DNA from: Octopus bimaculoides
Lineage: Eukaryota
Length of the DNA: 46,135 nt
Direction of reading: 5' to 3'
Assembly (NCBI RefSeq): GCF_001194135.2
Contig: NC_068985.1
Location: forward strand, 36,274,247 to 36,320,381
Under the pieces are notes generated by a model. The model was not told the DNA's origin. It made no database searches and saw only the letters and a program-made list of their open reading frames with translations. A program made the translations under genes and the position numbers. Shown here piece after piece: positions 36,340 through 46,135 of this stretch; the first letter of the stretch is position 1, and the number at the start of each line of letters is the position of its first letter.

Positions 36340-36589
36340 NNNNNNNNNNNNNNNNNNNNNNNNNNNNNNNNNNNNNNNNNNNNNNNNNNNNNNNNNNNNN
36401 NNNNNNNNNNNNNNNNNNNNNNNNNNNNNNNNNNNNNNNNNNNNNNNNNNNNNNNNNNNNNNNNNNNNNNNNNNNNNNNNNNNNNNNNNNNNNNNNNNNN
36501 NNNNNNNNNNNNNNNNNNNNNNNNNNNNNNNNNNNNNNNNNNNNNNNNNNNNNNNNNNNNNNNNNNNNNNNNNNNNNNNNNNNNNNNNN

Positions 36590-36636
<47 letters not shown>

Positions 36637-36657
36637 TTCCCCGTTTTATATTTTTAG

Positions 36658-36761
36658 ATGTGGCAAGTAAAAAAGATTCAAAGAAACCTGCCACTTCCTA
36701 TTCCCATTGGTTGATGAAATCTGAACCAGAGTCCAGGCTTGAAAATGGAGTTGATGTTAAG
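36658..36761 (+). CDS. THYN1: THYN1 exon 2 (VASKKDSKKPATSYSHWLMKSEPESRLENGVDVK)
   Basis: ttttatatttttag|AT...AAG|gttaga; 104 nt, phase 1 to 0; near-identical to the recalled vertebrate THYN1 motif SHWLMKSEPESRLEKGVDVK. Confidence 0.93.
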
Positions 36762-37760
36762 GTTAGAATATATTTTCAACTATTACCCTGTAATACGATC
36801 TATAGTTCCTAGCAGTTTTCATTTTCTTTCCATTCCTTTACATTTAAACTCAATGTATACTTGCACATGCACCTAATAACCTTGCTTTTCAAGAGTCAGT
36901 TTAAAAATGTTGATGATATCATAAATTTTGCTTTTTATATTTATGTTGAAGTATTTTTGGGAAGAAAACAGATTATTTCTAAGTTGTGGAAATGGGATGG
37001 GATAAGTGTAAAAGACAACAAAAAAAAGTGAAGGAATGAAATTTCTTATAAGTAGAGAGTCTGAGAGTACAAGAAAAAAAAGAAAAAAGAGAAAGAGAAA
37101 CATTGGTACTGATCCATTTGAGACTTCTGCTTTTCACAGTCACCATCATTATCATCATCATCATAACATCTACTTTTCCATGCTTGCATAGGTCAGACAA
37201 AATTTGTTGAGGTGGATTTTCTACAGCCAGATGCTCTTCTTGTCACCAATCCTTACCTATTTCCAAGTAAGATGTTATTCCCCCATAACCAGACATGTCT
37301 CAGAAGATTGGAAATGAAGGACACTGTTTGCATGATGTGACACTAGCTTACAACTATCATGTGATATCAAGTCAAGGAGACAGTCACACACACGCACTCG
37401 CATGCGTGCACCCATTGCCAGCTCTGGTCAAACTGTCCAACCCATACCAGCATGAACAATGGACGTTAAATGATGATGATATGCACACAAGAGCCTTCCT
37501 TCAGTTTCCCTCTACCAAATCCACTCACAAGTCTTTGGTTGGTCTGGGGCACTTGCCCAAGGTGCTATGCAGTGGGACTGAACCCAAAAACCATGTGGTT
37601 TGGAAGCAAACATCTTACCACAGAGTCACACTTGCATTGCATGTCTCAAGTTAAATAAATTAGTAGTATCTGTTGATCATTGAAGAATATTAAAATATGT
37701 GAAGAAGCAATCTGAAGATTTTGTAATAGCACTTATAGCTTCATGTGTTATTGAAATAAC

Positions 37761-38313
37761 ATCATTATCATCATCATCATCGTTTAACGTCCGCTTTCCA
37801 TGCTAGCATGGGTTGGACGATTTGACTGAGGACTGGTGAACCAGATGGCTACACCAGGCTCCAATCTGATTTGGCAGAGTTTCTACAGCTGGATGCTCTT
37901 CCTAACGCCAACCACTTCGAAAGTGTAGTGGGTGCTTTTACGCGCCAGCTGCACAGGAGCCAGTCCAGCGGTACTGGCAACGAACTCACTCGAATTTCTT
38001 TTCACGTGTCACTGGCACAAGTGCCAGGAAGGCAACATTGGTAACGATCACGCTCAGATGGTGCTATTTACATGCTACCGGCATGGAAGCCAGACAGTTA
38101 GTGCTCTGGCAACGATCATGCTCGGACGGTGCTCTTAGTGATCTACTGGTACAGGTGCCATCACGATTTCGCTTTCGCTTGCCCCAACAGGTCTTCGCAA
38201 GCCGAGTTTAGTGTTCAATGAAGAGACGTTGGTATGGGTGCCAGTCTACAAATTTAGTTCGATTTCGATTTCACTTGCCTCAGCAGGTCTTCGCAAGCGG
38301 AGTTTAGTGTTCA
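37761..38313 (-). mobile_element. RTE-family tail, longest 3' UTR copy, with a duplicated 53-bp block at its 5' side
   Basis: Family tail and about 4 repeat units; 38165-38217 is similar to 38261-38313. Confidence 0.87.
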
Positions 38314-38539
38314 CTCACTCATTTTTACATAGGTGAGTCCTTAACAAGATAATTTTCAAAAATATGGAAACTTTTGAAAAAGCGTTTTGACTCCTGACTC
38401 CTCTTTATCATCGCCATCACTATAGTCACCTCAACTTCCTTCTTTATTCTTGTTGGCAAGCATTGAATGGATAAGCAATATGGAACAATTGGGAGGAAGT
38501 GATTCCAAGTGTTATTAGCTTTGAAAAACAATTATGGAA

Positions 38540-38842
38540 CATCATCATCATCGTCGCTTAACGTCCGCTTTCCATGCTAGCATGGGTTGGACGATTTGAC
38601 TGAGGACTGGTGAAATCAGATGGCTACACCAGGCTCCAATCTGATTTGGCAGAGTTTCTACAGCTGGATGCTCTTCCTAATGCCAACCACTCAGAGAGTG
38701 TAGTAGGTGCTTTTACGTGCCACTGGCACGAGGGCCAGTCAGGCGGGTACTGGCGACGGCCACACTCAAAATGGTGTATTTTACGTGCCACCTGCACAGG
38801 AGCCAGTTCGGCGGCACTGGCAACGATCTCGCCCGAATGTCT
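38540..38842 (-). mobile_element. RTE-family tail, possible short TSD tggaaca
   Basis: Family tail and 2 repeat units; tggaaca occurs on both flanks. Confidence 0.85.
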
Positions 38843-39589
38843 AGTGGAACACAAATCCTATAAATTAACCCTTTTGATACCAACCCTCATGAGACCACTC
38901 CTGGTTCTATGATATAAACTTCCTATTTTAAAATGTTTCTAAATCAAAACCTTCCATCAAAATTTCGTGTTAATTTATCTTCCAAATACCAGATTGACAA
39001 TGATAAAGTTATTTTACTAAATTTTTTTATTATTTTATGATTAATTAAAACAAAAGCAGTGTAGTTCAGCAGAAATATGATAACAAAAGGGTTGGCACAA
39101 TATGAGATGCATCCGTTGTTATGTCTGATGGAAGTCAATAGAAAAAGATGATATCACCACCACTGATGGTCTTGTGTCATCTCATCTGTGAGCCTTGTTA
39201 TGTTGAAATCTGATACATCTTTCCATATTTACTTTGGATTTCATTTGTTATATGTACTTCTACCACCAACGTATATTTTATTTTCTCCCACCATTCATTG
39301 TCACAATTCGTATCACATGTTCATATTAGCTCAGTCATCTTTCCTGCATGCACTGACTAATCTGCTTAATACCCAGCTGCTTTCTCAGTTCGTGCATGCT
39401 CTAGTTCTCATGCAACATAATGTTGCTCTGCTAATTAATCATAATCAAAAAATGTCTTTCCAGCTTCTACACATTTTCCACTTTTAATGCCCATGTCACA
39501 CTACCATCCACCACATATATGGAATATATTTCATATTTGTCACATACACAATATTATGTTCTTCATCAAAGCAATTAACTTTATGAGTT

Positions 39590-39733
39590 GGAAATTAGCG
39601 CAGACATAGGAAGGGCATTCAGCTTTAGAAACTATGTCAGACCAGACTGGAGTCTGGGGCAGCTTGCCAATTCCAGTCAAACTGTCTAACCCATGCCAGC
39701 ATGGAAAGCAGACACTGAATGGTGATGATGATG
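39590..39733 (+). mobile_element. Older RTE-tail copy abutting a family C SINE head
   Basis: aggaagggcattcagctttagaaac...ccatgccagcatggaaagcagacactgaatggtgatgatgatg. Confidence 0.72.
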
Positions 39734-40757
39734 TAGCTAGGTGGTTTAAGAAGTTTGCCTCCCAACCATTTGGTTTCGAGTTCAGTCCCATTGCACATTA
39801 CTTTGGGCACATGTCTTCTACTATCGCCTCTGGCTAACCAAAGCTTTGTGAGTTGATTTAATTGATGGAAACTGAAAGAAGTCTGTTGTATGTGTGTGTG
39901 TGTGTGCATGCATGCACACGCCATAACTTAACAGCCATTATGTGATGACTGTGAGTGCCACCATCATGCAAACCATGTTGTTCATTTCCAGTCTTTCATG
40001 AAACATTAGTCTGGTGATGGGAAAATAATACAGCGTTTGGAAATAGGTGAGGACAGAAGGATAGAAAATCAACCTCAACAAATTGCATCAGACTCACACA
40101 AGCATGGAAATGTGGACATTAAATGGATGGTGATGATGACAGGTAGCAAATATGGGGTACAGTATTGAAGTGATTTAATCGATCAGATATTAGGTGGTTT
40201 GCAGACATTGAGATCAAAAGTTAAGTTGTAGTTGTATGGGTTTAGTATTAAGTAATGTGAGGTGTGTGTGTGTGTGTGTAACTTGTGAAGTAGACAGCAT
40301 TGTTATTATTGTAGTTTTGTAACAGTTTGTGACAAAAAGAATAGTTCCACGTTTGTATTTCTTTTTCTGTTTATTTCTACATTTCCTCAATTGTGTAATT
40401 CAGATGAGTCGTTTTTTTGGTTTTATGTTTTTCTTTTGTTGTTCTTGTTTTTTTAATAAATTTGATCACTTGCATATTGTTGAAGTAGGTACATATTGCT
40501 AAATCGCTCTGCTATAAAGTTGGAATGGCATTTTTATCAACAAGATGATCTAATACAGAAATATTAGAGGTCATCACTCAGTGTTCTTGCATTTAACCCT
40601 ATAATATTCAGATTACTTATCAAATGTAATGCTTATTTAATCACACTGCTTTTAATTATATTCTTTGCATAACGGCCATAACTCCCATGAAAATTCATAT
40701 ATTTTTGATGTTGATGAAATTTTAACCCGAACATAACAGATGAGCATTATTTAGAAA

Positions 40758-40969
40758 ATGATGTCACACATTATCGAGGCTACCATTCTTTCTGGATGTG
40801 CAAAAGGGGATGACGTCTTTATTCCAAGAATTCCTCTTACTCCATCAGGAGCAGACATTCCTTTTACATTCAGAAGACTACAATTCCCCCTTCGTGTGAC
40901 TTTTGCCATGTCCATAAACAAACATCAGGGTCAAACACTGTCTGTAGCTGGTCTTCTCTTGGAAGAGCC
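40758..40969 (+). pseudogene. Helitron Rep-Hel PIF1-like helicase C-terminal fragment (runs into a gap)
   Basis: HIIEATILSGCAKGDDVFIPRIPLTPSGADIPFTFRRLQFPLRVTFAMSINKHQGQTL matches the Helitron helicase motif IEA.IL.G...G..VFIPRIP..P...PF.F.R.QFP.R..FAMTINKSQGQTL. Confidence 0.92.
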
Positions 40970-41953
40970 NNNNNNNNNNNNNNNNNNNNNNNNNNNNNNN
41001 NNNNNNNNNNNNNNNNNNNNNNNNNNNNNNNNNNNNNNNNNNNNNNNNNNNNNNNNNNNNNNNNNNNNNNNNNNNNNNNNNNNNNNNNNNNNNNNNNNNN
41101 NNNNNNNNNNNNNNNNNNNNNNNNNNNNNNNNNNNNNNNNNNNNNNNNNNNNNNNNNNNNNNNNNNNNNNNNNNNNNNNNNNNNNNNNNNNNNNNNNNNN
41201 NNNNNNNNNNNNNNNNNNNNNNNNNNNNNNNNNNNNNNNNNNNNNNNNNNNNNNNNNNNNNNNNNNNNNNNNNNNNNNNNNNNNNNNNNNNNNNNNNNNN
41301 NNNNNNNNNNNNNNNNNNNNNNNNNNNNNNNNNNNNNNNNNNNNNNNNNNNNNNNNNNNNNNNNNNNNNNNNNNNNNNNNNNNNNNNNNNNNNNNNNNNN
41401 NNNNNNNNNNNNNNNNNNNNNNNNNNNNNNNNNNNNNNNNNNNNNNNNNNNNNNNNNNNNNNNNNNNNNNNNNNNNNNNNNNNNNNNNNNNNNNNNNNNN
41501 NNNNNNNNNNNNNNNNNNNNNNNNNNNNNNNNNNNNNNNNNNNNNNNNNNNNNNNNNNNNNNNNNNNNNNNNNNNNNNNNNNNNNNNNNNNNNNNNNNNN
41601 NNNNNNNNNNNNNNNNNNNNNNNNNNNNNNNNNNNNNNNNNNNNNNNNNNNNNNNNNNNNNNNNNNNNNNNNNNNNNNNNNNNNNNNNNNNNNNNNNNNN
41701 NNNNNNNNNNNNNNNNNNNNNNNNNNNNNNNNNNNNNNNNNNNNNNNNNNNNNNNNNNNNNNNNNNNNNNNNNNNNNNNNNNNNNNNNNNNNNNNNNNNN
41801 NNNNNNNNNNNNNNNNNNNNNNNNNNNNNNNNNNNNNNNNNNNNNNNNNNNNNNNNNNNNNNNNNNNNNNNNNNNNNNNNNNNNNNNNNNNNNNNNNNNN
41901 NNNNNNNNNNNNNNNNNNNNNNNNNNNNNNNNNNNNNNNNNNNNNNNNNNNNN

Positions 41954-42179
41954 CTATAGCCAATTACACAGATGAAATTTACGTATGCTTAATAATTTTA
42001 CGCAAAACAGCCTTCAGACTTTCCCTATTAATTTCATCGTCTTTTGAATTATGAACATATTTACATCATAAGGGTTTTTTCGTTGTAAGGCTTTCTTTTT
42101 TAGTTGATTTTCAGCTAGCAAGACTTATCGTAGATGGCATAATAAGTCACACCCGGACAAGGTCGGGTTATACTGCTAG
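41954..42179 (+). mobile_element. Helitron 3' end (hairpin plus CTAG)
   Basis: Hairpin acccg-gacaaggt-cgggt (42151-42168), then CTAG at 42176-42179 followed by T; collinear with the upstream helicase fragment. Confidence 0.85.
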
Positions 42180-42875
42180 TATATAATAAACGTGAAGTTG
42201 TGTGTCTGTGTGAAGCCTTTTTAAAAGTTTATAGAAATCCACATTTTCCACTTTTTCGTAAAAATTTTTACATCAATGAAATTTTCTCGATGTGAACTTT
42301 CCAGTGCAGTATTTAGATTTTTTAAATTTCGTTTACTCTGTGTGATTTAAGGGAGATTTGGATGTTGTTTCTAGCAACTTATATATTTCTTCCCTTCTAC
42401 CTGTAACGGCGCTCTTATACACATATGTCACGTGTTCTCTATTCCTTTTTCCCTCCTCTTCCCCTCTCGCTCTCTCAAGCGCATACATGTGCAAGTACAC
42501 AAAATCATTCAATAAAATATAACTCATGTTTGTCAATGTGGCATAACTACAGAGTTGTACCCCCTGACTTTGGAAGGTCATAACTTTCAGAAAAATGAAT
42601 ATTTTTTAATGAAATTTTCTATGCAAATATTATCTTATCTAATATAATAAAGCTGAAGATGTGTGTCTGTGTGAAGCCTTTTTAAAAGTTTATGGAAATC
42701 CACATTTTCCACTTTTTCGTAAAAATTTTTACATCAATGGAATTTTCTCAATGTGAACTCTCCAGTGCAGAAGTTAGATTTTTAAAATTCCGTTTACTTT
42801 TTGTGATTTAAGGGAGATTTGGCTGTTGTTTCTAGCAACTTTTATATTTCTTCCCTTCTACCTGTACCGGCTTTC
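42180..42875 (+). mobile_element. Two direct ~235-bp copies of a Helitron-like 5' end (about 42180-42415 and 42637-42875)
   Basis: (tc)taatataataaagctgaagatgtgtgtctgtgtgaagcctttttaaaag... occurs twice at high identity; TC-start AT-rich leader typical of Helitron 5' termini. Confidence 0.65.
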
Positions 42876-42889
42876 TTACACATCGATCA

Positions 42890-43510
42890 CGCTGTGCGTG
42901 TATGTGTATGTTGTGTGAGTGTATTTTTCTTGTAGTGTGTGCCTGTATTTGTGTGTGCGTGTGTGTTTGTGTATATATGTGTGTGTGTATATGCGTGCGG
43001 TTTGCTCTATGGATCGCATGTGGGTTATTTGTGTGTCTGTGTGCGTGTGTGTGCGTATATGTGTAAGTCCATGTATGTATACTTAGGTGCGTGTATGTGT
43101 TAGTGTTTGTTGTGTGTGTATGGGAGTTATGTGTGGTCTTTTGCGTGTGTGTCCATGTATGTATACTTGGGTGTATGTAGGAGTTATGTGTGGGTTCATT
43201 TGTGTGTGTGTGAGTTCGTTTGTACATGTGTGTGTATGTGTATTTTGTGTGTGTGTATGCATGTGTGCGTGTGATGTGTGTGTGCGTTGTGTGTAAATGG
43301 GGGGGTTGTGTGTGGTCTATGTGCATTTTTTCGCGCCTATGCACGTGTGTATGTGCATGTGTGTGGGTGTAGGTGTGTGGATGTGCGTACGCGTGTGTGT
43401 GTGGGATTGTGAGTGTTAGGTACGTGTGCATGTGTGTGTGTGCGCGCGTGTGATAGATAGATAACATATATATTATATATATGTAAGTATGTATATATGT
43501 ATGTGTGCCT
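42890..43510. repeat. Degenerate (TG)n cryptic satellite with higher-order repeats
   Basis: Direct reading; gives the His/Thr-rich 246-aa pseudo-ORF. Confidence 0.9.
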
Positions 43511-43560
43511 GTATATATGTCAAATAATAGTTTCACTTTATTAGTTTCAGCATTAAATTG

Positions 43561-43950
43561 AAACTCTCTCACATTACAATAGAGATGTTATTGTTTCACT
43601 TTTGACACGTAATGATGCAATAGTGGAGGAGATGTGATATTTTACTGGGCTTGCTTAGTTTCAACATTAAAGTGAAACTATTAAAATGACACTATTAAAA
43701 TGAAACTATTAAAGTGAAACTCTCTGACATTACAATAGAGAGATGTTATTGTTTCACTTTTGACACGTAATGCTGCAATAGTGGAGGAGATGTGATATTT
43801 TACTGGGCTTGCTGTAGGCAAGAATTGAAAAATGTTTTGGCCTAAAACACTACATGGACCCTAAAGTAAGGCATATGTAAAATTTGAATGAAATTGGTTG
43901 TGTAGTTCTGAAGTTTTAAGGATTCACACAGACAGACACACGTTCTCATC
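43561..43950 (-). mobile_element. Probable Helitron-like 5' region on the minus strand with an internal ~95-bp direct repeat and 14-bp microrepeats, cut by the RTE insertion
   Basis: 43561-43655 is similar to 43716-43812. Minus strand reads gagaacgtgtgtctgtctgtgtgaatccttaaaacttcagaactacacaaccaatttcattcaaatttt, resembling Helitron leaders. Confidence 0.5.
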
Positions 43951-43952
43951 TT

Positions 43953-44938
43953 TGGTGAAAAACTAGAGGTAGTCAATAGCTTCCGCTATCTGGGCGACCA
44001 AGTTAGTAGTGGGGGTGGGTGCGCTGAAAGTGTAGCTGCTAGAATAAGAATAGCCTGGGCAAAGTTTAGAGAGCTCTTACCCCTGCTGGCGACAAAGGGA
44101 CTCTCACTCAGAGTAAAAGGCAGACTGTATGACGCATGCGTACGAACAGCCATGCTACATGGCAGTGAAACATGGGCTGTAACTGCTGAGGACATACGTA
44201 AGCTCGCAAGGAATGAAGCCAGTATGCTCCGTTGGACTTGTAGTGTCAATGTGAATACCTGTCAGAGTNNNNNNNNNNNNNNNNNNNNNNNNNNNNNNNN
44301 NNNNNNNNNNNNNNNNNNNNNNNNNNNNNNNNNNNNNNNNNNNNNNNNNNNNNNNNNNNNNNNNNNNNNNNNNNNNNNNNNNNNNNNNNNNNNNNNNNNN
44401 NNNNNNNNNNNNNNNNNNNNNNNNNNNNNNNNNNNNNNNNNNNNNNNNNNNNNNNNNNNNNNNNNNNNNNNNNNNNNNNNNNNNNNNNNNNNNNNNNNNN
44501 NNNNNNNNNNNNNNNNNNNNNNNNNNNNNNNNNNNNNNNNNNNNNNNNNNNNNNNNNNNNNNNNNNNNNNNNNNNNNNNNNNNNNNNNNNNNNNNNNNNN
44601 NNNNNNNNNNNNNNNNNNNNNNNNNNNNNNNNNNNNNNNNNNNNNNNNNNNNNNNNNNNNNNNNNNNNNNNNNNNNNNNNNNNNNNNNNNNNNNNNNNNN
44701 NNNNNNNNNNNNNNNNNNNCATAAAAGACACCATTTCGAGCGTGGCCGTTTTCGTGCGGGTGACACGTAAAAGCACCCACTACACTCTCTGAGTGGTTGG
44801 CGTTAGGAAGGGAATCCAGCTGTAGAAACTCTGCCAAATTAGATTGGAGCCTGGTGTTGCCATCCGGTTTCACCAGTCCTCAGTCAAATCGTCCAACCCA
44901 TGCTAGCATGGAAAGCGGACGTTAAACGATGATGATGA
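43953..44938 (+). mobile_element. 5'-truncated RTE LINE: RT thumb region, gap, 3' UTR and (ATG)n tail
   Basis: EKLEVVNSFRYLGDQVSSGGGCAESVAARIRIAWAKFRELLPLL...KGRLYDACVRTAMLHGSETWAVT (RTE F.YLG and LYGSETW motifs). Confidence 0.92.
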
Positions 44939-44945
44939 TATATAT

Positions 44946-45050
44946 ACTAGCAGTATAACCCGTACACTTAATTAGGGTTAGTGTTACGGCTTTAGGGTCA
45001 GGGTTAGGGTTTTAGGGTTAGGGTTTAGTGTTAGGGTTAGGTTTGGGTAA
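44946..45050. repeat. Helitron 3'-terminal 17-mer (minus strand) joined to a degenerate (TTAGGG)n tract
   Basis: actagcagtataacccg (44946-44962) is the exact reverse complement of 42164-42180; about 10 TTAGGG-like units follow. Confidence 0.8.
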
Positions 45051-45278
45051 TCATGCGTGTGTTAATCTGAAAAATTACACAAATGTGAAAACTACCGACC
45101 CTGCCATCTATTATAATGTTTGTTGTTCTCATCATCATCATCATCATCGTCGTTTAACGTCTGCTTTCCATGCTAGNNNNNNNNNNNNNNNNNNNNNNNN
45201 NNNNNNNNNNNNNNNNNNNNNNNNNNNNNNNNNNNNNNNNNNNNNNNNNNNNNNNNNNNNNNNNNNNNNNNNNNNNTG

Positions 45279-45311
<33 letters not shown>

Positions 45312-45324
45312 GTATATATATGTA

Positions 45325-46115
45325 TAGTCCGACCTTGAGTATGATACACAAGGGATTTTTAGGGGGCTGTACCTCTGAAAAACCTAAACCTTGTGTATAA
45401 TACACACCCCATCTCTAACTTGAGTCAAGGATGTCTATATAACGTCCTTGCTTTGTAAACATATATACAGTAATGTTCTTTATTATTATTGTATATATAA
45501 CTATACAAACGTGTAGCTTTTTTGTGCACTTTGTTTGCAGAAAATAAAGAAATAACAGTAATAACATCAGTGAAAAATAAATATTAAGTAAATTGCCTTT
45601 ACATATTTATCACTATCAGTTACAAAAGCAAAAGTAAAAAACATTTATTCAAATCCTTCAAATTCAACGTCACTTTCAGCATCAAATAACTGTCCCATTT
45701 GTTCCTCTGTAAGCATGTCAGCATCATTGTAGTGTAAATTTCCGTCATCGTCAGATTCATAGTCAGCATCAGAAGATTCACCTTCATTTATTTCATCTTT
45801 CCATACAACATCATCCTGAGTACCATCCAGTGCAGACAATATACAACACTTTTATTTTAATAAATGTTGCTTACTGCAAGTTATGGATGATTCTTTCATG
45901 ACTTCATTGCTTTCAGGCTTAGCTTAAGGTATTTTTGCGCCCGACATCAGAAAATGCGTCTGAATAAACATTGCCAGACAGCAAATAGTGACTCGGACAT
46001 TGCTTAGAAAATATTTTTCATTTTTAACCTCGTATATTTTTCATTTTTAACACACTAGGGATTTTGACCTTTAAATTTTGGGGAAAAAATGCGGATTGTA
46101 CTCGAGCATTTACGG
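45325..46115 (-). mobile_element. pogo/Tigger-like (Tc1-mariner superfamily) deletion derivative with transposase C-terminal remnant
   Basis: Minus strand KCCILSALDGTQDDVVW...SDVEFEGFE* resembles the pogo KKCCISNALDG.EDD...F.GF end. Terminus ...tactcgagcatttacgg|TA at 46115; degenerate subterminal motifs (gagtatgatacac, gtgtataatacac) near 45335-45410. Confidence 0.75.
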
Positions 46116-46135
46116 TATAGTATATATATTTTATA

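Larger units (their letters stand above)
26363..36761 (+). other. THYN1: THYN1 gene model (thymocyte nuclear protein 1, EVE domain), 5' part; about 10.2 kb first intron
   Basis: Exon 1 plus exon 2 splice in frame to (MSV)MPPKKKLKTTKSN-D-VASKKDSKKPATSYSHWLMKSEPESRLENGVDVK. HWLMKSEPESRLE.GVDVK is the start of the THYN1 EVE domain. Confidence 0.88.

Noticed and set aside
37930-38160. Regularly spaced repeats with palindromic cores superficially resembling a CRISPR array
   Set aside because: Eukaryotic context, units are degenerate tandem repeats without unique spacers, no cas genes; part of the RTE 3' UTR.
42832-43572. 246-aa His/Thr-rich ORF
   Set aside because: Translation of a degenerate (CA)n satellite.
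36762-46135. THYN1 exon 3 (expected F.I.DL......TCWDGVRNYQ)
   Set aside because: Not found in the called sequence; it must lie in a gap or beyond the window, so it is not annotated.

Overview
Eukaryotic, AT-rich, repeat-dense DNA from a gapped short-read-type assembly, with about 10 N-gaps. The SINE/RTE families and microsatellites look like an Octopus genome (inference). Two spliced genes, largely missed by the ORF track, sit head-to-head. On the minus strand is an LRRC56/ODA8 orthologue (ciliary leucine-rich-repeat protein): six coding exons reconstructed by hand from 20933 down to 984, all GT-AG and phase-compatible, with the 3' end probably off-window. On the plus strand is a THYN1 (EVE-domain) orthologue with exon 1 at 26363/26372-26411 and exon 2 at 36658-36761; later exons are not visible. 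The ~300 bp CpG-enriched region next to the THYN1 start contains an RFX X-box (GTTGCCAAGCAAC). The rest is intronic mobile DNA: many (ATC)n-tailed RTE LINE 3' ends, three tRNA-derived SINE families (some with clear target-site duplications), HERO-like, CR1/L2-like and Penelope-like fossils, a Helitron helicase fragment with termini, MITEs (8-bp TSD, hAT-like, foldback palindromes), a pogo remnant and telomere-like repeats. No CRISPR, rRNA or bona fide tRNA gene was seen. I found no demonstrably new biological system. The best leads are the shared X-box promoter, an inverted mini-MITE dimer, a 189-bp duplication around an RTE insertion, Helitron ends joined to telomeric repeats, and intronic dsRNA-forming repeats. 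Exon coordinates were counted base by base; repeat boundaries are approximate.
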